Assembly: GCA_964016885.1 (NCBI GenBank)
Contig: OZ024743.1
Coordinates: 211,296,001-211,360,000, forward strand
Length of the DNA stretch: 64,000 nt
Source of the DNA: Eledone cirrhosa
Lineage: Eukaryota
Direction: 5' to 3'
Part shown: positions 1 to 12,375 of the stretch, in pieces
Layout of the letters: each line of letters starts with the position of its first letter
Numbering within the stretch: the stretch's first letter is position 1
Translations under genes and position numbers: made by a program
Notes under the pieces: generated by a model
What the model saw: the letters and a program-made list of their open reading frames with translations, nothing else
The model's database searches: none
What the model was told of the DNA's origin: nothing

Positions 1-3000
1 CACTGAATTGAGAGATCATAGCTCTGATATTACAGACATGGGGTTAGAATGTCTCAGGAAAGAATCACTAGAGAGCTGTTCCAGGTAGAGCCACTCATTC
101 ACTGAATTGAGAGATCACAGCTCTGATACTATAGACATGGGGTTAGAATGTCTGACGAAAGAATCACTAGAGAGCTGTTCCAGGTAGAGCCACTAATTCA
201 CTGAATTGAGAGATCACAATTCTGATATTACAGACATGTGGTTAGAATGTCTGAGGAAAGAATCACTGGAGAGCTGTTCCAGGTAGAGCCACTAATTCAC
301 TGAATTGAGAGATCACAGCTCTGATATTACAGACATGGGGTTAGAATGTCTCAGGAAAGAATCACTGGAGAGCTGTTGCAGGTAGAGCCACTAATTCACT
401 GAATTGAGAGATCATAGCTCTGATATTACAGACATGGGGTTAGAATGTCTCAGGAAAGAATCACTAGAGAGCTGTTCCAGGTGGAGCCACTAATTCACTG
501 AATTGAGAGATCTCAGCTCTGATATTACAGATATGTGGTTAGAATGTCTGAGGAAAGAATCACTAGAGAGCTGTTCCAGGTAGAGCCACTAATTCACTGA
601 ATTGAGAGATCACAGCTCTGATATTACAGACATGGTGTTAGAATGTCTGAGGAAAGAATCACTGGAGAGCAGTTCCAGGTAGAGCCACTAATTCAGTGAA
701 TTGAGAGATTACAGCTCTGATATTACAGACAGGGGGTTAGAATGTCTGAGGAAAGAATCACTAGAGAGCTGTTCCAGGTAGAGCCGCTAATTCACTGAAT
801 TGAGAGATCATAGCTCTGATACTACAGACATGCGGTTAGAATGTCTGAGGAAAGAATCACTAGAGAGCTGTTCCAGGTAGAGCCGCTAATTCACTGAATT
901 GAGAGATCATAGCTCTGGTACTACAGACATGTGGTTAGAATGTCTGAGGAAAGAATCACTAGAGAGCTGTTCCAGGTAGAGCCACTAATTCACTGAATTG
1001 AGAGATCACAGCTCTGATATTACAGACATGGGGTTAGAATGTCTCAGGAAAGAATCACTAGAGAGCTGTTCAAGGTAGAGCCACTAATTCACTGAATTGA
1101 GAGATCACAGCTCTGATATTACAGACATGTGGTTAGAATGTCTGAGGAAAGAATCACTGGAGAGCTGTTCCAGGTAGAGCCTCTAATTCACTGAATTGAG
1201 AGATCACAGCTCTGATATTACAGACATGTGGTTAGAATGTCTCAGGAAAGAATCACTAGAGAGCTGTTCAAGGTAGAGCCACTAATTCACTGAATTGAGA
1301 GATCACAGCTCTGATATTACAGACATGTGGTTAGAATGTCTGAGGAAAGAATCACTGGAAAGCTGTTCCAGGTAGAGCCACTAATTCACTGAATTGAGAG
1401 ATCACAGCTCTGATATTACAGATATGTGGTTAGAATGTCTGAGGAAAGAATCACTAGAGAGCTGTTCCAGGTAGAGCCACTAATTCACTGAATTGAGAGA
1501 TCACAGCTCTGATATTACAGACATGGTGTTAGAATGTCTGAGGAAAGAATCACTGGAGAGCAGTTCCAGGTAGAGCCACTAATTCAGTGAATTGAGAGAT
1601 TACAGCTCTGATATTACAGACAGGGGGTTAGAATGTCTGAGGAAAGAATCACTAGAGAGCTGTTCCAGGTAGAGCCGCTAATTCACTGAATTGAGAGATC
1701 ATAGCTCTGATACTACAGACATGCGGTTAGAATGTCTGAGGAAAGAATCACTAGAGAGCTGTTCCAGGTAGAGCCGCTAATTCACTGAATTGAGAAATCA
1801 TAGCTCTGGTACTACAGACATGTGGTTAGAATGTCTGAGGAAAGAATCACTAGAGAGCTGTTCCAGGTAGAGCCACTAATTCACTGAATTGAGAGATCAC
1901 AGCTCTGATATTACAGACATGGGGTTAGAATGTCTCAGGAAAGAATCACTAGAGAGCTGTTCAAGGTAGAGCCACTAATTCACTGAATTGAGAGATCACA
2001 GCTCTGATATTACAGACATGTGGTTAGAATTTCTGAGGAAAGAATCACTGGAGAGCTGTTCCAGGTAGAGCCACTAATTCACTGAATTGAGAGATCATAG
2101 CTCTGATATTACAGACATGGGGTTAGAATGTCTCAGGAAAGAATCACTAGAGAGCTGTTCCAGGTAGAGCCACTCATTCACTGAATTGAGAGATCACAGC
2201 TCTGATACTATAGACATGGGGTTAGAATGTCTGACGAAAGAATCACTAGAGAGCTGTTCCAGGTAGAGCCACTAATTCACTGAATTGAGAGATCACAATT
2301 CTGATATTACAGACATGTGGTTAGAATGTCTGAGGAAAGAATCACTGGAGAGCTGTTCCAGGTAGAGCCACTAATTCACTGAATTGAGAGATCACAGCTC
2401 TGATATTACAGACATGGGGTTAGAATGTCTCAGGAAAGAATCACTGGAGAGCTGTTGCAGGTAGAGCCACTAATTCACTGAATTGAGAGATCATAGCTCT
2501 GATATTACAGACATGGGGTTAGAATGTCTCAGGAAAGAATCACTAGAGAGCTGTTCCAGGTGGAGCCACTAATTCACTGAATTGAGAGATCTCAGCTCTG
2601 ATATTACAGATATGTGGTTAGAATGTCTGAGGAAAGAATCACTAGAGAGCTGTTCCAGGTAGAGCCACTAATTCACTGAATTGAGAGATCACAGCTCTGA
2701 TATTACAGACATGGTGTTAGAATGTCTGAGGAAAGAATCACTGGAGAGCAGTTCCAGGTAGAGCCACTAATTCAGTGAATTGAGAGATTACAGCTCTGAT
2801 ATTACAGACAGGGGGTTAGAATGTCTGAGGAAAGAATCACTAGAGAGCTGTTCCAGGTAGAGCCGCTAATTCACTGAATTGAGAGATCATAGCTCTGATA
2901 CTACAGACATGCGGTTAGAATGTCTGAGGAAAGAATCACTAGAGAGCTGTTCCAGGTAGAGCCGCTAATTCACTGAATTGAGAGATCATAGCTCTGGTAC

Positions 3001-3500
3001 TACAGACATGTGGTTAGAATGTCTGAGGAAAGAATCACTAGAGAGCTGTTCCAGGTAGAGCCACTAATTCACTGAATTGAGAGATCACAGCTCTGATATT
3101 ACAGACATGGGGTTAGAATGTCTCAGGAAAGAATCACTAGAGAGCTGTTCAAGGTAGAGCCACTAATTCACTGAATTGAGAGATCACAGCTCTGATATTA
3201 CAGACATGTGGTTAGAATGTCTGAGGAAAGAATCACTGGAGAGCTGTTCCAGGTAGAGCCTCTAATTCACTGAATTGAGAGATCACAGCTCTGATATTAC
3301 AGACATGTGGTTAGAATGTCTCAGGAAAGAATCACTAGAGAGCTGTTCAAGGTAGAGCCACTAATTCACTGAATTGAGAGATCACAGCTCTGATATTACA
3401 GACATGTGGTTAGAATGTCTGAGGAAAGAATCACTGGAAAGCTGTTCCAGGTAGAGCCACTAATTCACTGAATTGAGAGATCACAGCTCTGATATTACAG
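1..3500 (+). repeat. Local higher-order repeat: 21-monomer (2079 bp) offset made of 9-mer + 12-mer sub-offsets; repeated at ~11.2-15.9 kb
   Basis: ccactCatt at 96 and 2175 (2079 bp apart). The catGGTGtt marker starts at 631, 1522 and 2710 (891 and 1188 bp apart), each followed by gagcAgtt and ttcaGtgaatt. Confidence 0.88.
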
Positions 3501-6500
3501 ACATGGGGTTAGAATGTCTGAGGAAAGAATCACTAGAGAGCTGTTCCAGGTAGAGCCGCTAATTCACTGAATTGAGAGATCATAGCTCTGATACTACAGA
3601 CATGCGGTTAGAATGTCTGAGGAAAGAATCACTAGAGAGCTGTTCCAGGTAGAGCCGCTAATTCACTGAATTGAGAGATCATAGCTCTGATATTACAGAC
3701 ATGTGGTTAGAATGTCTCAGGAAAGAATCACTGGAGAGCTGTTCCAGGTAGAGCCACTAATTCACTGAATTGAGAGATCACAGCTCTGATATTACAGACA
3801 TGTGGTTAGAATGTCTGAGGAAAGAATCACTAGAGAGCTGTTCCAGGTAGAGCCGCTAATTCACTGAATTGAGAGATCACAGCTCTGATATTACAGACAT
3901 GTGGTTAGAATGTCTTAGGAAAGAATCACTAGAGAGCTGTTCCAGGTAGAGCCACTAATTCACTGAATTGAGAGATCATCGCTCTGATACTACAGACATG
4001 TGGTTAGAATGTCTCAGGAAAGAATCACTAGAGAGCTGTTCCAGGTAGAGCCACTAATTCACCGAATTGAGAGATCATGGCTCTGATACTACAGACGTAT
4101 GGTTAGAATGTCTGAGGAAAGAATCACTAGAGAGCTGTTCCAGGTAGAGCCACTAATTTACTGAATTGAGAGATCACAGCTCTGATATTACAGACATGGG
4201 GTTAGAATGCCTGAGGAAAGAATTACTAGAGAGCTGTTCCAGGTGGAGCCACTAATTCACTGAATTGAGAGATCATAGCTCTGATACTACAGACATGTGG
4301 TTAGAATGTCTGAGGAAAGAATCACTAGAGAGCTGTTCCAGGTAGAGCCACTAATTCACTGAATTGAGAGATCACAGCTCTGATAATACAGACATGTGGT
4401 TAGAATGTCTGAGGAAAGAGTCACTAGAGAGCTGTTCCAGGCAGAGCCACTAATTTACCGAATTGAGAGATCATAGCTCTGATACTACAGACATGTGGTT
4501 AGAATGTCTGAGGAAAGAATCACTTAAGAGCTGTTCCAGGTAGAGCCACTAATTCACTGAATTGAGAGATCACAGCTCTGATACTATAGACATGGGGTTA
4601 GAATGTCTGAGGAAAGAATCACTAGAGGGCTGTTCCAGGTAGAGCCACTAATTCACTGAATTGAGAGATCACAATTCTGATATTACAGACATGTGGTTAG
4701 AATGTCTGAGGAAAGAATCACTGGAGAGCTGTTCCAGGTAGAGCCACTAATTCACTGAATTGAGAGATCACAATTCTGATATTACAGACATGTGGTTAGA
4801 ATGTCTGCGGAAAGAATCACTGGAGAGCTGTTCCAGGTAGAGCCACTAATTCACTGAATTGAGAGATCACAGCTCTGATGTTACAGACATGGGGTTAGAA
4901 TGTCTCAGGAAAGAATCACTGGAGAGCTGTTCCAGGTGGAGCCACTAATTCACTGAATTGAGAGATCACAGCTCTGATATTACAGACATGGGGTTAGAAT
5001 GTCTGAGGAAAGAATCACTAAAGAGCTGTTCCAGGTAGAGCCACTAATTCACTGAATTGAGAGATCATAGCTCTGATATTACAGACATGGGGTTAGAATG
5101 TCTCAGGAAAGAATCACTAGAGAGCTGTTCCAGGTAGAGCCACTAATTCACTGAATTGAGAGATCACAGCTCTGATACTATAGACATGGGGTTAGAAGGT
5201 CTGAGGAAAGAATCACTAGAGAGCTGTTCCAGGTAGAGCCACTAATTCACTGAATTGAGAGATCACAATTCTGATATTACAGACATGTGGTTAGAATGTC
5301 TGAGGACAGAATCACTGGAGAGCTGTTCCAGGTAGAGCCACTAATTCACTGAATTGAGAGATCACAGCTCTGATATTACAGACATGGGGTTAGAATGTCT
5401 CAGGAAAGAATCACTGGAGAGCTGTTGCAGGTAGAGCCACTAATTCACTGAATTGAGAGATCATAGCTCTGATATTACAGACATGGGGTTAGAATGTCTC
5501 AGGAAAGAATCACTAGAGAGCTGTTCCAGGTAGAGCCACTAATTCACTGAATTGAGAGATCTCAGCTCTGATATTACAGACATGTGGTTAGAATGTCTGA
5601 GGAAAGAATAACTAGAGAGCTGTTCCAGGTAGAGCCACTAATTCACTGAATTGAGAGATCACAGCCCTGATATTACAGACATGGGGTTAGAATGTCTGAG
5701 GAAAGAATCACTGGAGAGCTGTTCCAGGTAGAGCCACCAATTCACTGAATTGAGAGATTACAGCTCTGATATTACAGACAGGGGGTTAGAATGTCTGAGG
5801 AAAGAATCACTAGAGAGCTGTTCCAGGTAGAGCCGCTAATTCACTGAATTGAGAGATCATAGCTCTGATACTACAGACATGCGGTTAGAATGTCTGAGGA
5901 AAGAATCACTAGAGAGCTGTTCAAGGTAGAGCCACTAATTCACTGAATTGAGAGATCACAGCTCTGATATTACAGACATGTGGTTAGAATGTCTGAGGAA
6001 AGAATCACTGGAGAGCTGTTCCAGGTAGAGCCACTAATTCACTGAATTGAGAGATCACAGCTCTGATATTACAGACATGGGGTTAGAATGTCTGAGGAAA
6101 GAATCACTAGAGAGCTGTTCCAGGTAGAGCCGCTAATTCACTGAATTGAGAGATCATAGCTCTGATACTACAGACATGCGGTTAGAATGTCTGAGGAAAG
6201 AATCACTAGAGAGCTGTTCCAGGTAGAGCCGCTAATTCACTGAATTGAGAGATCATAGCTCTGATATTACAGACATGTGGTTAGAATGTCTCAGGAAAGA
6301 ATCACTGGAGAGCTGTTCCAGGTAGAGCCACTAATTCACTGAATTGAGAGATCACAGCTCTGATATTACAGACATGTGGTTAGAATGTCTGAGGAAAGAA
6401 TCACTAGAGAGCTGTTCCAGGTAGAGCCGCTAATTCACTGAATTGAGAGATCACAGCTCTGATATTACAGACATGTGGTTAGAATGTCTGAGGAAAGAAT

Positions 6501-9399
6501 CACTAGAGAGCTGTTCCAGGTAGAGCCACTAATTCACTGAATTGAGAGATCATCGCTCTGATACTACAGACATGTGGTTAGAATGTCTCAGGAAAGAATC
6601 ACTAGAGAGCTGTTCCAGGTAGAGCCACTAATTCACCGAATTGAGAGATCATGTCTCTGATACTACAGACGTGTGGTTAGAATGTCTGAGGAAAGAATCA
6701 CTAGAGAGCTGTTCCAGGTAGAGCCACTAATTCACTGAATTGAGAGATCATAGCTCTGATATTACAGACATGTGGTTAGAATGTCTGAGGAAAGAATCAC
6801 TAGAGAGCTGTTCCAGGTAGAGCCACTAATTTACTGAATTGAGAGATCACAGCTCTGATATTACAGACATGGGGTTAGAATGTCTGAGGAAAGAATTACT
6901 AGAGAGCTGTTCCAGGTGGAGCCACTAATTCACTGAATTGAGAGATCATAGCTCTGATACTACAGACATGTGGTTAGAATGTCTGAGGAAAGAATCACTA
7001 GAGAGCTGTTCCAGGTAGAGCCACTAATTCACTGAATTGAGAGATCACAGCTCTGAGAATACAGACATGTGGTTAGAATGTCTGAGGAAAGAGTCACTAG
7101 AGAGCTGTTCCAGGCAGAGCCACTAATTTACCGAATTGAGAGATCATAGCTCTGATACTACAGACATGGGGTTAGAATGTCTGAGGAAAGAATCACTAGA
7201 GAGCTGTTCCAGGTAGAGCCACTAATTCACTGAATTGAGAGATCACAGCTCTGATACTATAGACATGGGGTTAGAATGTCTGAGGAAAGAATCACTAGAG
7301 AGCTGTTCCAGGTAGAGCCACTAATTCACTGAATTGAGAGATCACAATTCTGATATTACAGACATGTGATTAGAATGTCTGAGGAAAGAATCACTGGAGA
7401 GCTGTTCCAGGTAGAGCCACTAATTCACTGAATTGAGAGATCACAGCTCTGATATTACAGACATGGGGTTAGAATGTCTCAGGAAAGAATCACTAGATTG
7501 CTGTTCAAGTTAGAGCCACTAATTCACTGAATTGAGAGATCACAGCTCTGATATTACAGACATGTGGTTAGAATGTCTGAGGAAAGAATCACTGGAGAGC
7601 TGTTCCAGGTAGAGCCACTAATTCACTGAATTGAGAGATCACAGCTCTGATATTACAGACATGTGGTTAGAATGTCTGAGGAAAGAATCACTAGAGAGCT
7701 GTTCCAGGTAGAGCCGCTAATTCATTGAATTGAGAGATCACAGCTCTGATATTACAGACATGGGGTTAGAATGTCTCAGAAAAGAATCACTAGAGAGCTG
7801 TTCAAGGTAGAGCCACTAATTCACTGAATTGAGAGATTACAGCTCTGATATTACAGACATGTGTTTAGAATGTCTGAGGAAAGAATCACTGGAGAGCTGT
7901 TCCAGGTAGAGCCACTAATTCACTGAATTGAGAGATCACAGCTCTGATATTACAGACATGTGGTTAGAATGTCTGAGGAAAGAATCACTAGAGAGCTGTT
8001 CCAGGTAGAGCCGCTAATTCACTGAATTGAGAGATCACAGCTCTGATATTACAGACATGTGGTTAGAATGTCTGAGGAAAGAATCACTAGAGAGCTGTTC
8101 CAGGTAGAGCCACTAATTCACTGAATTGAGAGATCATAGCTCTGATACTACAGACATGTGGTTAGAATGTCTCAGGAAAGAATCACTAGAGAGCTGTTCC
8201 AGGTAGAGCCACTAATTCACCGAATTGAGAGATCATAGCTCTGATACTATAGACATGTGGTTACAATGTCTCAGGAAAGAATCACTGGAGAGCTGTTCCA
8301 GGTAGAGCCACTAATTCACTGAATTGAGAGATCATAGCTCTGATACTACAGACATGTGGTTAGAATGTCTCAGGAAAGAATCACTAGAGAGCTGTTCCAG
8401 GTAGAGCCACTAATTCACCGAATTGAGAGATCATAGCTCTGATACTATAGACATGTGGTTAGAATGTCTCAGGAAAGAATCACTGGAGAGCTGTTCCAGG
8501 TAGAGCCACTAATTCACTGAATTGAGAGATCATAGCTCTGATACTACAGACATGTGGTTAGAATGTCTGAGGAAAGAATCACTAGAGAGCTGTTCCAGGT
8601 AGAGCCACTAATTCACTGAATTGAGAGATCATAGCTCTGATATTACAGACATGTGGTTAGAATGTCTCAGGAAAGAATCACTAGAGAGCTGTTCCAGGTA
8701 GAGCCACTAATTCACTGAATTGAGAGATCACAGCTCTGATATTACAGACATGTGGTTAGAATGTCTGAGGAAAGAATCACTAGAGAGCTGTTCCAGGTAG
8801 AGCCACTAATTCACTGAATTGAGAGATCACAGCTCTGATATTACAGACATGTGGTTAGAATGTCTGAGGAAAGAATCACTAGAGAGCTGTTCCAGGTAGA
8901 GCCGCTAATTCACTGAATTGAGAGATCACAGCTCTGATATTACAGACATGTGGTTAGAATGTCTCAGAAAAGAATCACTAGAGAGCTGTTCAAGGTAGAG
9001 CCACTAATTCACTGAATTGAGAGATCACAGCTCTGATATTACAGACATGTGGTTAGAATGTCTGAGGAAAGAATCACTGGAGAGCTGTTCCAGGTAGAGC
9101 CACTAATTCACTGAATTGAGAGATCACAGCTCTGATATTACAGACATGTGGTTAGAATGTCTGAGGAAAGAATCACTAGAGAGCTGTTCCAGGTAGAGCT
9201 GCTAATTCACTGAATTGAGAGATCATAGCTCTGATACTACAGACATGCGGTTAGAATGTCTGAGGAAAGAATCACTAGAGAGCTGTTCCAGGTAGAGCTG
9301 CTAATTCACTGAATTGAGAGATCATAGCTCTGATACTACAGACATGCGGTTAGAATGTCTGAGGAAAGAATCACTAGAGAACTGTTCCAGGTAGAGCCA

Positions 9400-10400
9400 C
9401 TAATTCCCTGAATTGAGAGATTATAGCTCTGATACTACAGACATGTGGTTAGAATGTCTGAGGAAAGAATCACTAGAGAGCTGTTCCAGGTAGAGCCACT
9501 AATTCCCTGAATTGAGAGATTATAGCTCTGATACTACAGACATGTGGTTAGAATGTCTGAGGAAAGAATCACTAGCGTGCTGTTCCAGGTAGAGCCACTA
9601 ATTCACTGAATTGAGAGATCACAGCTCTGATATTACAGACATGTGGTTAGAATGTCTGAGGAAAGAATCACTGGAGAGCTGTTCCAGGTAGAGCCACTAA
9701 TTCACTGAATTGAGAGATCACAGCTCTGATATTACAGACATGTGGTTAGAATGTCTGAGGAAAGAATCACTAGAGCGCTGTTCCAGGTAGAGCCGCTAAT
9801 TCATTGAATTGAGAGATCACAGCTCTGATATTGCAGACATGGGGTTAGAATGTCTGAGGAAAGCTTCACTAGAGAGCTGTTCCAGGTAGAGCCACTAATT
9901 CACTGAATTGAGAGATCACAGCTCTGATACTACAGACATGTGGTTAGAATGTCTGAGGAAAGAATCACTAGAGAGCTGTTCCAGGTAGAGCCACTAATTC
10001 CCTGAATTGAGAGATTATAGCTCTGATACTACAGACATGTGGTTAGAATGTCTGAGGAAAGAATCACTAGCGTGCTGTTCCAGGTAGAGCCACTAATTCA
10101 CTGAATTGAGAGATCACAGCTCTGATATTACAGACATGTGGTTAGAATGTCTGAGGAAAGAATCACTGGAGTGCTGTTCCAGGTAGAGCCACTAATTCAC
10201 TGAATTGAGAGATCACAGCTCTGATATTACAGACATGTGGTTAGAATGTCTGAGGAAAGAATCACTAGAGAGCTGTTCCAGGTAGAGCCGCTAATTCATT
10301 GAATTGAGAGATCACAGCTCTGATATTGCAGACATGGGGTTAGAATGTCTGAGGAAAGCATCACTAGAGAGCTGTTCCAGGTAGAGCCACTAATTCACTG
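9400..10400 (+). repeat. Tandem 5-monomer (495 bp) duplication; also present in copy B at ~21.7-22.7 kb
   Basis: tagCgTgc at 9576/10071 and attGcag at 9833/10328, both 495 bp apart. Confidence 0.85.
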
Positions 10401-12375
10401 AATTGAGACATCACAGCTCTGATATTACAGACATGTGGTTAGAATGTCTGAGGAAAGAATCACTAGAGAGCTGTTCCAGGTAGAGCCGCTAATTCACTGA
10501 ATTGAGAGATCATAGCTCTCATACTACAGACATGTGGTTAGAATGTCTGAGGAAAGAATCACTAGAGAGCTGTTCCAGGTAGAGCCACTAATTCACTGAA
10601 TTGAGAGATCACAGCTCTGATACTACAGACATGTGGTTAGAATGTCTGAGGAAAGAATCACTAGAGAGCTGTTCCAGGTAGAGCCACTAATTCCCTGAAT
10701 TGAGAGATCATAGCTCTGATACTACAGACATGTGGTTAGAATGTCTGAGGAAAGAATCACTAGAGAGCCGTTCCAGATAGAGCCGCTAATTCACTGAATT
10801 GAGAGATCACAGCTCTGATATTACAGACATGTGGTTAGAATGTCTGAGGAAAGAATTACTAGAGAGCTGTTCCAGGTGGAGCCACTAATTCACTGAATTG
10901 AGAGATCATAGCTCTGATACTACAAACATGTGGTTAGAATGTCTGAGGAAAGAATCACTAGAGAGCTGTTCCAGGTAGAGCCACTAATTCACTGAATTGA
11001 GAGATCACAGCTCTGATAATACAGACATGTGGTTAGAATGTCTGAGGAAAGAGTCACTAGAGAGCTGTTCCAGGCAGAGCCACTAATTTACCGAATTGAG
11101 AGATCATAGCTCTGATACTACAGACATGTGGTTAGAATGTCTGAGGAAAGAATCACTAAAGAGCTGTTCCAGGTGGAGCCACTAATTCACTGAATTGAGA
11201 GATCTCAGCTCTGATATTACAGATATGTGGTTAGAATGTCTGAGGAAAGAATCACTAGAGAGCTGTTCCAGGTAGAGCCACTAATTCACTGAATTGAGAG
11301 ATCACAGCTCTGATATTACAGACATGGTGTTAGAATGTCTGAGGAAAGAATCACTGGAGAGCAGTTCCAGGTAGAGCCACTAATTCAGTGAATTGAGAGA
11401 TTACAGCTCTGATATTACAGACATGTGGTTAGAATGTCTGAGGAAAGAATCACTGGAGAGCTGTTCCAGGTAGAGCCACTAATTCACTGAATTGAGAGAT
11501 CACAGCTCTGATATTACAGACATGGGGTTAGAATGTCTCAGGAAAGAATCACTGGAGAGCTGTTGCAGGTAGAGCCACTAATTCACTGAATTGAGAGATC
11601 ATAGCTCTGATATTACAGACATGGGGTTAGAATGTCTCAGGAAAGAATCACTAGAGAGCTGTTCCAGGTGGAGCCACTAATTCACTGAATTGAGAGATCT
11701 CAGCTCTGATATTACAGATATGTGGTTAGAATGTCTGAGGAAAGAATCACTAGAGAGCTGTTCCAGGTAGAGCCACTAATTCACTGAATTGAGAGATCAC
11801 AGCTCTGATATTACAGACATGGTGTTAGAATGTCTGAGGAAAGAATCACTGGAGAGCAGTTCCAGGTAGAGCCACTAATTCAGTGAATTGAGAGATTACA
11901 GCTCTGATATTACAGACAGGGGGTTAGAATGTCTGAGGAAAGAATCACTAGAGAGCTGTTCCAGGTAGAGCCGCTAATTCACTGAATTGAGAGATCATAG
12001 CTCTGATACTACAGACATGCGGTTAGAATGTCTGAGGAAAGAATCACTAGAGAGCTGTTCCAGGTAGAGCCGCTAATTCACTGAATTGAGAGATCATAGC
12101 TCTGGTACTACAGACATGTGGTTAGAATGTCTGAGGAAAGAATCACTAGAGAGCTGTTCCAGGTAGAGCCACTAATTCACTGAATTGAGAGATCACAGCT
12201 CTGATATTACAGACATGGGGTTAGAATGTCTCAGGAAAGAATCACTAGAGAGCTGTTCAAGGTAGAGCCACTAATTCACTGAATTGAGAGATCACAGCTC
12301 TGATATTACAGACATGTGGTTAGAATTTCTGAGGAAAGAATCACTGGAGAGCTGTTCCAGGTAGAGCCACTAATT

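Larger units (their letters stand above)
1..10700 (+). repeat. Copy A of a ~12.3 kb-offset (121-125 monomer) segmental duplication within the array
   Basis: Rare SNVs recur in the same order downstream. Offset 12375: ccactCatt 96/12471 and 2175/14550, gtctTagg 3916/16291, agagGgc 4628/17003. Offset 12177: ctgatGtta 4880/17057. Offset 11979: catGTctc 6653/18632. Offset 12276: gagcTgct 9200/21476, gagaCatc 10409/22685. Confidence 0.9.

Noticed and set aside
40-47. Telomere-like GGGTTAG in the tGggg allele
   Set aside because: It is a single hexamer-length match per monomer with no tandem TTAGGG run and only one G-tract per 99 bp, so neither an interstitial telomere nor a G-quadruplex is supported.
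1-99. CENP-B box
   Set aside because: The core TTCG-N4-A-N2-CGGG needs two CpGs. The consensus has none and I found no convincing degenerate match on either strand.
181-198. Splice-donor-like CAG|GTAGAG and branch-point-like CACTAAT
   Set aside because: Short motifs expected by chance, with a weak donor match, no polypyrimidine tract after the branch-like motif and no open exon frame.
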